From IMG/VR virus record IMGVR_UViG_3300045974_000399, positions 17,908-81,907 of that record: 64,000 nt of DNA, one strand, 5' to 3'. Positions 20,146 to 28,819 of this stretch are shown piece after piece. The DNA comes from a virus. A program made the position numbers and the translations under genes. Below the pieces are notes generated by a model. That model was not told the DNA's origin. It saw nothing but the letters and a program-made list of their open reading frames with translations, and ran no database searches. Each line of letters starts with the position of its first letter. Within the stretch, counting starts at the first letter, position 1.

Positions 20146-20448
20146 TTATTCCCCCATCCAGGGTAGCGTCTTCCGTACTCTTTCCAAAAGGTCTGCGTCC
20201 CCATTCCTTAGAAGGTTCTTGTACTTGTGCATCTGCTTAGTGTACGTAGCGTCTCCCTTCTGCTTATTCAAGAATGTATGCCACAAAGCATTTACACCCC
20301 TTGGGTGTTTGGGAACGTGTAATCCACTTGAGGGGTTGTCCAATACAACTAGAACTTTAGCCGCCCCCGTCATCTCACCTTCTGTGTAAAGTTTATCTGA
20401 GGCTTGCAAAGCCATATACTTAAGTCGGAATCCTATAACTTTTAGCAT
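20146..20448 (-). CDS. Hypothetical protein
   Basis: 100 aa ORF tightly packed in operon. Confidence 0.5.
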   Translation of the reverse strand: MLKVIGFRLKYMALQASDKLYTEGEMTGAAKVLVVLDNPSSGLHVPKHPRGVNALWHTFLNKQKGDATYTKQMHKYKNLLRNGDADLLERVRKTLPWMGE

Positions 20449-20451
20449 TGG

Positions 20452-21141
20452 CTAGACCTCGAATTTTTTGGTAGCCTTGGCAAGCGCCACTATCTGCTGA
20501 GCAGATAAGGACTTGAGCTTGTTTAGCATTGAGTTGATAACGGACCGTACTCCGGGTTCATCAAACTCAGTCGGAAGAGACGCAGCATCACCTGAAAAAA
20601 GATTTGGAAATATTGAAACCAGAATGGGTATCTCTCTACGAACTTCCCAGTCTGCAGAACGGGCTTTCATGACCTTAAGTCTACTTCGGATTATGCCCAT
20701 GACATCTGAGCTGAGTTCAACTTCATCCGTTTCGACTATTGAGTCAAATTCAGGTACATCCTCATCAGAATCATTTACTACTTCCTCCTCAGGTTCATCT
20801 TCATCCGATATATCAATGGTTTCATCGTCATCTACATCCGAAGCTTGTTCTTTGACGAACTTGATAGCCGCCATAAGCGCGTCTCTATCATCTTTCGTCT
20901 CTTCAGCCAGTGATAGCGCAAGACTGAATGCTGACGCTGCCTCCTCATCTTCGGAAAGTTCAACCTGGCATATTTCATCTTCGGCACACTCAGCTAAACT
21001 AGCTAGGTGTGATTCAAAGGAACGAGAGTCAGATGCGGACGCAGCAGCAACAAATAAGCGTGCACTAGCTGAGACCTCACCGTGACGATATGCCTTCAGG
21101 GCTAGTAACAGCATATCTTCTGCAACCATACGTCCTTTCAT
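20452..21141 (-). CDS. Acidic head-associated protein
   Basis: GGAGGAG RBS; many x-A/L-S sites like the scaffold. Confidence 0.5.
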   Translation of the reverse strand: MKGRMVAEDMLLLALKAYRHGEVSASARLFVAAASASDSRSFESHLASLAECAEDEICQVELSEDEEAASAFSLALSLAEETKDDRDALMAAIKFVKEQASDVDDDETIDISDEDEPEEEVVNDSDEDVPEFDSIVETDEVELSSDVMGIIRSRLKVMKARSADWEVRREIPILVSIFPNLFSGDAASLPTEFDEPGVRSVINSMLNKLKSLSAQQIVALAKATKKFEV

Positions 21142-21175
21142 ACACTCCTCCAGCACACGGCAAATTGATAGTGAG

Positions 21176-21208
21176 AAAGGGTGAGTGATATGACGTCACT
21201 CACCCTTT
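21176..21208. terminator. Terminator hairpin after major capsid gene
   Basis: 13-bp perfect stem AAAGGGTGAGTGA/TCACTCACCCTTT. Confidence 0.8.
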
Positions 21209-21246
21209 TTGGAGCAAAACCGATTCATCCACGTTGTAGCACAGGC

Positions 21247-22341
21247 TTAAATTTTCTGGCCTTTCGCTACGGACCGGGCATTGGCGATGACGAGGGAGAG
21301 GCTCTCGCTCATGAACCAGCCGCGGGTGTTACGGCCCTGGAGGGCGCCGTCAATCGGGGTGGACTCAACGCCACCACGGGTGGTGAACTGACCATGATTC
21401 TGCTGGGCGCCGACGATGTAGATTTCACCCGTTCCGAGAACCTGGAGTTCCGGAGCGCGGTAGCCGTCGGTGACGAGCCGCATGCCGAGGAGGGTTCCGA
21501 GCTCGCCGTTCAGCACGAGGTCGAACTTGGTGACCGGATCAAGCATGGACATGAACTCGCTGTTGCCAACAATGTCATTCCAGTAGTCGTAGGAGAGCAG
21601 ACAGGTCGTTGCCGGAATTTTCCATTTTGCAACTTCGTTCCGAAGCGAGGTAAGGGTTGTCGGGGTCAGGGCGCCGGCGATGTATTTGATGAAGTTCGAG
21701 GAGCCTACGGTGGCGTCCGCAGCACGTTTCCAGAGACGATCTTCGGTGGTCATGATGGCCTGGAGGCCTTCGGTGTACTTCTCGTCCAGGATGTCCGAAG
21801 AGATCTGGTCGATATCTCGGTTTTCAACTTCGATGTTGGCATCGACGTAGAATTCCGGCGGGTACATCATGCGCTCACGGACGAGCTGGGGGAGAACCAT
21901 GGCGGCGCTGGTTGCCATTACGGCAACAACGTTGTTAACCCGCATTCTGCAGCGAGCTACTTCGCCCTGATTGAGCTGCTCTTCAATCAGGAGGTTCCGC
22001 ATGAAACCCTCACGCTGGCCGGATTCTTCGATCTTGGCAGCGAGAGCCATGCCGAGTTTCTGCCACTTGGTGCCGGTGCGGTCGTTGAAAGCAGCGGCGA
22101 GTACTTCACGGTGCATACGACGGTTGGTGTCGCTGGTCTTGCGGACGATTTCACCACGGCTACTGGCAGTTACCAGCTTGGCGATCTGGCCGAGCATGTC
22201 CTTGTCGGAAGTTGCGTTGAGGGTCCCGTCACTGGCAATAGCGGCTTCGCGGGAATCACCCAGCTTGAGGTCCTGAATTTCAGCGCCCGATGCGAGTGTA
22301 AACGTAACACCAGCATAAGGGTTCTTTTTCTGAGTTTTCAT
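21247..22341 (-). CDS. Major capsid protein
   Basis: 364 aa, strong codon bias, downstream of scaffold and decoration genes, strong terminator; EDR...A, G.LG.L.G and GWF..E patterns of HK97-fold capsids. Confidence 0.85.
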   Translation of the reverse strand: MKTQKKNPYAGVTFTLASGAEIQDLKLGDSREAAIASDGTLNATSDKDMLGQIAKLVTASSRGEIVRKTSDTNRRMHREVLAAAFNDRTGTKWQKLGMALAAKIEESGQREGFMRNLLIEEQLNQGEVARCRMRVNNVVAVMATSAAMVLPQLVRERMMYPPEFYVDANIEVENRDIDQISSDILDEKYTEGLQAIMTTEDRLWKRAADATVGSSNFIKYIAGALTPTTLTSLRNEVAKWKIPATTCLLSYDYWNDIVGNSEFMSMLDPVTKFDLVLNGELGTLLGMRLVTDGYRAPELQVLGTGEIYIVGAQQNHGQFTTRGGVESTPIDGALQGRNTRGWFMSESLSLVIANARSVAKGQKI

Positions 22342-22404
22342 GCGTCCATTCTCCTTTGGTTATTTTGGCGTAACGTTGAATTAAGCTTGGCAGTTCAGTT
22401 CAGA

Positions 22405-23124
22405 TTAACCGCTGTACGGCCCGAAGCCGATGGTGAGGAATGCCGACCCGAGCGCCGGGATGGACAGGATGTTGGCGTTCTTCAGTTCGGTCCCGCCGGA
22501 TTTGAGGGTGAACATGCCGCTGCCGCCCAGGTAGATGGGCCCGCCAGCTGCCCAGTTGTCACTGGAGTCGTACTGGTCAGTTGCCACGTCGCCGTCAACG
22601 ATAACGCCGACCACGCCAAGAGAAGATGCACCGGTAACGCCGCCCACCGGGCCGTTGCCCTGGATCTGGATTGCTTCGGTTACGGTCGGAGTGTAACGGT
22701 ACTGCACAGACAGGGTTTTGGTGTTGCTGGGTGAACCGGTATCAGAGGTATTCAGTTCGATGACGCCGGTGAGCAGGGTAATTTTGTATTTGCCTGCGTC
22801 AACGGAACCGGTGGTGGCCGTAAGCTTCGTGCCGTCAAGAAGAACCAGAATCTGGCCGGAGATGACATTGCCACGGTTGAGGGTTACGCTGGCATCGCCA
22901 GCAAGGGTAAACGAGTCGATGCGAGCGATGCTGTCGGGAACCTGGGTCTGGGACAGACTGATACCTGCGAACTTTTCGCCGGAAATCCCACCAGCAGGCT
23001 TAACTTTGCCAACGCCGTTTTCGAGGACATAAACCAGGGCGACGCCCTCGTTCTTGATGTCGTAGCCCAGTGCTACATCCCGGTGAAGGGAGTTCCGGAT
23101 CCGAGTACTCTGCTGTTTAATCAT
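22405..23124 (-). CDS. Capsid decoration / cement protein
   Basis: EG.ALV, FAG.S, G...T..YD, G.P.YLG..G.FT; directly upstream of MCP; same codon bias. Confidence 0.65.
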   Translation of the reverse strand: MIKQQSTRIRNSLHRDVALGYDIKNEGVALVYVLENGVGKVKPAGGISGEKFAGISLSQTQVPDSIARIDSFTLAGDASVTLNRGNVISGQILVLLDGTKLTATTGSVDAGKYKITLLTGVIELNTSDTGSPSNTKTLSVQYRYTPTVTEAIQIQGNGPVGGVTGASSLGVVGVIVDGDVATDQYDSSDNWAAGGPIYLGGSGMFTLKSGGTELKNANILSIPALGSAFLTIGFGPYSG

Positions 23125-23159
23125 CGTGCTTCTCCTTTTGTGTGATGTACTTCAGGGTG

Positions 23160-24863
23160 TTATAGCGATTTCATCACTGCGCCCAGATCGGTATCGAACG
23201 AGCTGGCCGAGGCTGTTTCCTCATGAAGAGGATGATTTCCGCGCGAGAAAGAGCTGAAAGGCACTGCCGTTGTTTCCATCTGACTGGCCAGCGCTTCAGA
23301 CACACTTTCGGGTTCTTCATCTTCGGACTCAACTACGTCCATATAGTTGGTTCCGGCGATTGCTTGCGAGAGTTCGATACGAACCGCTCGGGGTTTCGCG
23401 TGAAGTTCAGACGCTTTGTCGACCAGGGTCTGACAGAAAGCTTCAGCGGTTTCCTTGAAACAGCGGTCCATGATGCGTTCCGGGGAAGGAATACCAAGAG
23501 CACTGAGCTCCTGCCACATCTTCACCTTGAGCGGATTTACCACGTCCGCGAAAAATCCGCGGTTGATGCCGGCAGCGGCTAGACACATTGCCGAAGAGAA
23601 ATCCTTGGCAAGAGCTTCAGACTGTTTCCGGTAGTCAGCTTTTACGGAAGCGGTTTCAGCTTCCACCTGGCTGGCGATGAGACTGCGAATGGGTGCCTGG
23701 ATAACAAAGGGAGTGAATCCAATGCCGAGCAGCCCTTTGACGCCGTCACTGGCAAGAACAGCATTGGCTACTTTGGCAAACGCCTCGGTGTGGAAAATGG
23801 CCTTGTTGTTTCCAGCAGAGGCTTCGGTGATATAAGCTACCGGCTGAATGCCGACGGCCGCGATCCAACGTTTTGCACCTGTTGACGAGCAGGAGTATTC
23901 CACGGAGGTAACGTCGCCATCTTCCGCCAGGGTATCATTCACCATGTCGATGTCCACGGAACCTTCGTCATTGATGTAGTAAGCATCATCCGCCGAAGCT
24001 TCTTCAACTACTTCTTCGTCGTCCCCTGCGTCCTCATCGGCGTCGTCCTCGTCACCGAGATCTTCATCGGCGTCGTCCTCAATTACTTCCTCGTCATCCG
24101 AAGCTTCTTCGGCGTCGTCCTCATCCTCGTCCGGAAGCTCGATGTCTGCATCATCATCGCCTGCTTCTTCAGAGTCAACGTCTTCGGCGTCGTCTTCGTC
24201 GACTTCGTCCTCGGTATCCCCGTCAACGTCCGCGTCCGCGTCTTCATCATCCGCGTCTTCGTCATCTTCGGTTACTACCTCTTCATCACCCTCGTCTTCG
24301 TCAGCGGCTTCGTCTTCATCGCTGTCGTCTTCGTCGGCATCCCCGGCGTCTTCGTCTTCGTCAGAGTCATCTTCCTCTGCTTCGACGTCTTCGTCCTCGT
24401 CCTCGTCCGAAGATTCGGTTACAACCAGATCCCCAGAGTTGGAAGCTTGCGCCAGCTGAAGTTCCTCGGAGGAGGGCATCTGCAACTCTATCTGCTCGTA
24501 GGACGCGGCTTCAATACCCGAGCCACAAAGCAGACAATTTTCCAGCTTCTTTTCCGTCAGTACGACTTCGGCGCACTCACTGCACTCTGCGGTATAGGCA
24601 CGGATGCCTTCTCCGCCTTCCCCATCAGAAGCGAGAACCAGCCCGAGTTCCTTCTTGAGGACCCTTGCATGCTCGACGCCCAGCTTGGGGTCAAAGAACT
24701 GCACGTCTGCCAAGGGGTTAACTGCATAAACCCCATTGTCAGAGCTAACGATGAGCTGCCGCGACTTGCCCATGATGACCTGAGCAAACGATACAGCCGC
24801 CTCATTCAGTGTTCCGCCGACCGCAGATACACCTCTGAATTTAAGCGCGGTCTTCTGTTTCAT
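23160..24863 (-). CDS. Prohead scaffold / core protein with long acidic tract
   Basis: CSEC/CLLC pair, ~140-aa D/E tract, helical C-terminus; upstream of decoration and MCP. Confidence 0.65.
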   Translation of the reverse strand: MKQKTALKFRGVSAVGGTLNEAAVSFAQVIMGKSRQLIVSSDNGVYAVNPLADVQFFDPKLGVEHARVLKKELGLVLASDGEGGEGIRAYTAECSECAEVVLTEKKLENCLLCGSGIEAASYEQIELQMPSSEELQLAQASNSGDLVVTESSDEDEDEDVEAEEDDSDEDEDAGDADEDDSDEDEAADEDEGDEEVVTEDDEDADDEDADADVDGDTEDEVDEDDAEDVDSEEAGDDDADIELPDEDEDDAEEASDDEEVIEDDADEDLGDEDDADEDAGDDEEVVEEASADDAYYINDEGSVDIDMVNDTLAEDGDVTSVEYSCSSTGAKRWIAAVGIQPVAYITEASAGNNKAIFHTEAFAKVANAVLASDGVKGLLGIGFTPFVIQAPIRSLIASQVEAETASVKADYRKQSEALAKDFSSAMCLAAAGINRGFFADVVNPLKVKMWQELSALGIPSPERIMDRCFKETAEAFCQTLVDKASELHAKPRAVRIELSQAIAGTNYMDVVESEDEEPESVSEALASQMETTAVPFSSFSRGNHPLHEETASASSFDTDLGAVMKSL

Positions 24864-24996
24864 ACGGTACTCTCCTTTCACAACGGTTTGGATTGATGTA
24901 GCTCGGTGAATCTACAAATAGGTTTGCTGCGACGGTAACCTTATAAAACAATTACACTTAATTATAATCACCAAGTAAAATATCTACAGATAAGTG

Positions 24997-25027
24997 TAGG
25001 CCGTCTAGTGCGGGACTAGACGGCCTA
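24997..25027. terminator. Hairpin upstream of capsid operon
   Basis: 13-bp stem TAGGCCGTCTAGT/ACTAGACGGCCTA, 5-nt loop; weak U-tail. Confidence 0.6.
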
Positions 25028-25058
25028 TATCCAAGTATACTCATGCTACCTAGCAATA

Positions 25059-25442
25059 TTACACTTTAGTAACATTTGGTTCCAGAGCAGATATATCTAT
25101 TGCGTACCCTTCTAGCAGTAATGCTAGGTTTTTTAACCGGGTGGCACGTATCCGATTAATCTTGTTTGTTACCCGGACAAGAGCCTTAGGGTTTATCTGA
25201 CTAGATACGCTGGCAAGATACCTATCGAAAGAAGCATTGAGTAAGGTTTTACCAGCATCCAGTATTCTCGCGGTTATGACGGAAGCGTCTATCTCTGGAA
25301 ATACTGTCAAGGTAAACAAAGGCTTTTCTGGCTTTACCTCTGTAATAGTATCCTCAGCATCGTCTGTTTCAATGACCTCAGACTCGTCTACAACTGTGTC
25401 TTCAGTGTCATCTGCAATTACCACAGCATTAACTTTACGCAT
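25059..25442 (-). CDS. Hypothetical protein with MR leader
   Basis: MRKVNAVVIA start. Confidence 0.55.
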   Translation of the reverse strand: MRKVNAVVIADDTEDTVVDESEVIETDDAEDTITEVKPEKPLFTLTVFPEIDASVITARILDAGKTLLNASFDRYLASVSSQINPKALVRVTNKINRIRATRLKNLALLLEGYAIDISALEPNVTKV

Positions 25443-25453
25443 CTCATCCCCCT

Positions 25454-25759
25454 TTATAGGCGTATACCCGCGATATCCTGCTCTATTTCATCGACAAGTT
25501 GTAAGCAGTCTGCTCTTACTTCCTTGCTTACGCTATCGCTGAGTTTAGAGAAAGCCGCGGTTATTGTTGTTACCTGCTTAATTGAGTATACCTTACCGAG
25601 TGCCCCAAGAACTTCTTCCTCGACCTCAGATATTACTTCGGTTACTAAACCGATTAACCCATTACAGAGGTCATCTGTGCTACCAAAGGTAGGTAGAGAT
25701 GTAAGATAAATACCGGTGTCTCCTCCTGCGGTCTCTTCTACAACTTGCGTCTTACGCAT
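25454..25759 (-). CDS. Hypothetical protein with MR leader
   Basis: MRKTQVVEETA start, AGGAG RBS. Confidence 0.55.
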   Translation of the reverse strand: MRKTQVVEETAGGDTGIYLTSLPTFGSTDDLCNGLIGLVTEVISEVEEEVLGALGKVYSIKQVTTITAAFSKLSDSVSKEVRADCLQLVDEIEQDIAGIRL

Positions 25760-25776
25760 AACTGGCTCCTTGTATG

Positions 25777-26676
25777 TTATTTAAGCTCAAAATCAATCTG
25801 CAACAGTGCCGCGGAATTACCAGAAGCCAGACGTATTCGGTCAAGGATGGATTTTACTCCAGCTTCTTCTTCAACCTGCTCACGGACGTACCACTCCAGG
25901 AATATGCAGGTGGCAGCGTCAGTTTCCCTAGCCAGGAAATAAAGGTCGCTTATCTTACGAGTAATCATCTTCTCGTGCTGTAATGCAGCCATGAAAAACT
26001 CTTCGAGACTACATGGAGCGGTAACGATGGCTGGTTGCTCAGGTATGAAGACCATCCATTGTTTATCGAGCAGAAACTTGAACATCCCATCTGCGTGCTT
26101 TATCTCCTCCGAGTACTTATCCTTGAAAAACTTCTCGGTTCCAAATAGCCCTCGATTGTTTGCTACTCCGCTAAGCACCCAGTATAAGTTAGCAGATGCT
26201 ATTTCGAGGCCAACCTGGAGATTGAGAAGATTGAGCAGCTCAACATTCGTGGGCGTGATATCCACAGTACACCCACACGGGTTGTATCCTTTTCCCATTC
26301 CTTCAGGGGGATTTAAGAATGGATTATCCAAAACAGGTTCCGGAGGTGCTGGCTCGGTCTCACAAACTGGAGCAGTGCACTCAGGAGCTGGCTCACATAC
26401 AGGAGCAGGTTCAGGACAAGTCTCACAAACTGGAGCAGGTTCAGGGTAGGGCACGTTATCAGTTATGAGTTCCTCGGGGACTACAGCCGCAGGTGTCTCA
26501 ATTACTTCCAGCCTTTCAGAAGCCTCCCGTAGCTCGTCCAGTGAAATCGGTCTTAAGCTTAGCGCTCCATCCTGCTCTGGGATATCACCCATGCTTGTAG
26601 GAGCAGTAACGAATACCTCTGCAGAGGAAAACTCTGCATCTCCGTATAAACCTTGCAGTATTGCTTTCTTCATCAT
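25777..26676 (-). CDS. Non-heme ferritin with long Pro/Glu/Cys-rich N-terminal extension
   Basis: LN.Q...E..S...Y, EE..HA, LQHEK.IT, DAAT..FLEWYV.EQVEEE ferroxidase motifs. Confidence 0.92.
   Translation of the reverse strand: MMKKAILQGLYGDAEFSSAEVFVTAPTSMGDIPEQDGALSLRPISLDELREASERLEVIETPAAVVPEELITDNVPYPEPAPVCETCPEPAPVCEPAPECTAPVCETEPAPPEPVLDNPFLNPPEGMGKGYNPCGCTVDITPTNVELLNLLNLQVGLEIASANLYWVLSGVANNRGLFGTEKFFKDKYSEEIKHADGMFKFLLDKQWMVFIPEQPAIVTAPCSLEEFFMAALQHEKMITRKISDLYFLARETDAATCIFLEWYVREQVEEEAGVKSILDRIRLASGNSAALLQIDFELK
26340..26450 (-). repeat. Imperfect tandem repeats encoding PEPAPVCE
   Basis: Recurrent caaactggagcag / ggagcaggttcagg units. Confidence 0.7.
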
Positions 26677-26682
26677 GCACCC

Positions 26683-27087
26683 CTATTTCTTCTGTGATAG
26701 TATTACTTCGTATATGAGGTTTGACAGGATCTTTCCCTGCTCAAGTAGCTTCTTATTACCTTTTGCGGCAGCCAGATTTATCAGTACGCCTGACTGTCTG
26801 TATCTCCTGGCTACATCCACTTTATCCCGATGTTCCAAGTAGTTTATTATTTGGTTCCGTTGAAAATCCGTAAGCTTTTTTAGGTCTTTCGGTAGATCTA
26901 CTTCAGGTAGTACATCAGATATCTCGTAGCTGAGTATTGGGGTTGCCCATGCTTCTGTGAATGTCTTCTGGGCAACGTTGGACCAAGGCTTACCCCTTCG
27001 ATCATAGAGGTCTTTGGCCCATTCTAAAACTTTGGCCCGAGTATACCCCTGTCTTTTAAGCTGGAGTATTTTGTCGTACAGCTTCAT
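26683..27087 (-). CDS. Hypothetical protein with shared N-terminal helical domain
   Basis: N-terminus aligns with 39407..40291 and 47282..48442. Confidence 0.6.
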   Translation of the reverse strand: MKLYDKILQLKRQGYTRAKVLEWAKDLYDRRGKPWSNVAQKTFTEAWATPILSYEISDVLPEVDLPKDLKKLTDFQRNQIINYLEHRDKVDVARRYRQSGVLINLAAAKGNKKLLEQGKILSNLIYEVILSQKK

Positions 27088-27097
27088 AAGCGCCTCG

Positions 27098-27532
27098 TCA
27101 TCCTGTTATTTTTAGAACTTTGAGGGCTATCGGGAAGATAAATGACTCGCCCCACGGAATCTCTTTTTCTGTGAGCTTGAAGGGTGGCAGCCCATAACGC
27201 GCTAAGATGTCTGGAAGAAAATCCTTCTCGAATATCTCCCAAAATCCGTAGATAATCCCAAGCTTTACCCCGAACTTCCTAATGCTAGTGGCAAGGGTTT
27301 CAGCTACATCCTTAAGGTCTACTCTACTTAAGGTATTTTCAGCTATTTCAACCATGGCCTTATACTTTATTTCCTTAGTGGGAAACTTCTTGACCATGTA
27401 CTCCCATATCTTAGGGAGAGCTTTAGCAAGGGCCAGGATAATGAATTTCTTTGCATTGTTAAGAAGTAGCTGCTTGACTTGAATGCTAAGAGCAACCTCT
27501 TTATGAGTATACGTACACCTTGCTACACGCAT
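27098..27532 (-). CDS. Hypothetical protein with MR leader
   Basis: AGGAGG RBS. Confidence 0.55.
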   Translation of the reverse strand: MRVARCTYTHKEVALSIQVKQLLLNNAKKFIILALAKALPKIWEYMVKKFPTKEIKYKAMVEIAENTLSRVDLKDVAETLATSIRKFGVKLGIIYGFWEIFEKDFLPDILARYGLPPFKLTEKEIPWGESFIFPIALKVLKITG

Positions 27533-27543
27533 CTGGATTCCTC

Positions 27544-27969
27544 CTATATTTCCCCTCGGTAAGGTGGAAATAGCATACTGGGGGTCTTAGCTTCATACTC
27601 AGGGAGAACGTCATCTTCCTTTGGCTTCATTTTCTTCTTTGCTTCAAGCTCAACTATCAGATCCCTAGGCATGTCTCGTATTTCATCTTCATGCAATGCC
27701 CCACAAAATAGCTTTACTTTAATCTGTCTAGCAACGTCACGGGTCTCAACAGGCAGTTCTACATCCATATCATCGTCTACTCTGCCCAAAGGCCGAATAC
27801 GATTTTTATTTCTGAGGTTACCTTTTTTTGTTGTAGGAAAATCTTTAACGTCATACTTAGCGTTATCGTTAGACGGGAGATCTCCATTGGACGGTGTGTT
27901 ATTAAACGCGGGACGAGGAACCATTGGAGTAGGGGTGTTATACGCTATAACTACCGAGATTATACGCAT
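27544..27969 (-). CDS. Hypothetical protein with MR leader
   Basis: MRIISVVIA start. Confidence 0.55.
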   Translation of the reverse strand: MRIISVVIAYNTPTPMVPRPAFNNTPSNGDLPSNDNAKYDVKDFPTTKKGNLRNKNRIRPLGRVDDDMDVELPVETRDVARQIKVKLFCGALHEDEIRDMPRDLIVELEAKKKMKPKEDDVLPEYEAKTPSMLFPPYRGEI

Positions 27970-28015
27970 GCTAGACTCCGAAGCCAGAGGGCATCATAAT
28001 TGACTATACCTAAAA

Positions 28016-28207
28016 TTATAAACTTTCCGTTTTTTCTTTCAGACCAAACTTCTTGTTAGTAGGGTTAACCCAATAGCTATCTGGGTTACTAATCCAGTCA
28101 TAATACTCGGTCATTGTAACATCTATTAAGTCGGACGCCTTAGAAAGTGCCGAAGTAACCCTGCCCTGTATCTCACCGGTAGTCAAGTCAAATTTTAAGC
28201 AGTACAT
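28016..28207 (-). CDS. Small protein, possible fibre assembly chaperone
   Basis: 63 aa, AGGAG RBS, last gene of fibre-like block; F...TGEI.G pattern. Confidence 0.4.
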   Translation of the reverse strand: MYCLKFDLTTGEIQGRVTSALSKASDLIDVTMTEYYDWISNPDSYWVNPTNKKFGLKEKTESL

Positions 28208-28215
28208 GTTTTCTC

Positions 28216-28815
28216 CTAAGGATCAAAGTGTATGGGATCTGCACCCAGTTTATAAACAAGCGCATTTATCTGGTAAAATCGCCTAAGCGTAATAATCGGA
28301 TTGTTTATCAGAGTAAAGGTATCCCAGTACAATGCCTTATACAATCCTGCTGGCCTAGGTGTAGAAAAATTTACCCAGTCTATTGTCTTGGTTAGATACG
28401 CATAATTGTGAGAGACATGGGTATACGCCAGCATGTATATGTTACCATTCACAAATATGTTAGGGCATGAACCAAACATATCAGGCAATTGCCTCTTCTC
28501 AAGCGGCTCCTCACTACTCATATCCACCTTCATCAGGTAAAACTTAGTATTTAAGGAATATATAACCGTCCAGACTTTTGGGCTTAGCTTCGCCCAAACC
28601 ATGCCTCCATATAAGCCTTGACCCATATAGTAGTCTAGACCAGCACTAGTGTCAAGTGCGTCTTGTGCCGTAACAGGTTCATACTTCTGTACCTTTGAGC
28701 GCAATGAGAAGTAATCTAGGTTTTTTAGTACCCAAATCTTTCGGTTGTCGCTAGTGCCATAGTCTCTACAGTCTACCGCCAGACCACCTGGCCCTGAGAT
28801 ACGTCTCTGGAACAT
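28216..28815 (-). CDS. Beta-rich virion protein
   Basis: Aromatic, beta-strand-rich; T.DW.NFS BNR-like motif. Confidence 0.45.
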   Translation of the reverse strand: MFQRRISGPGGLAVDCRDYGTSDNRKIWVLKNLDYFSLRSKVQKYEPVTAQDALDTSAGLDYYMGQGLYGGMVWAKLSPKVWTVIYSLNTKFYLMKVDMSSEEPLEKRQLPDMFGSCPNIFVNGNIYMLAYTHVSHNYAYLTKTIDWVNFSTPRPAGLYKALYWDTFTLINNPIITLRRFYQINALVYKLGADPIHFDP

Positions 28816-28819
28816 AAAA

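Noticed and set aside
21181-22734. 517-aa plus-strand ORF
   Set aside because: Antisense shadow of MCP and decoration genes caused by codon bias; no motifs.
24142-24459. Poly-Ser plus-strand ORF and apparent repeat array
   Set aside because: Reverse complement of the scaffold's GAC/GAA tract; not CRISPR-like.
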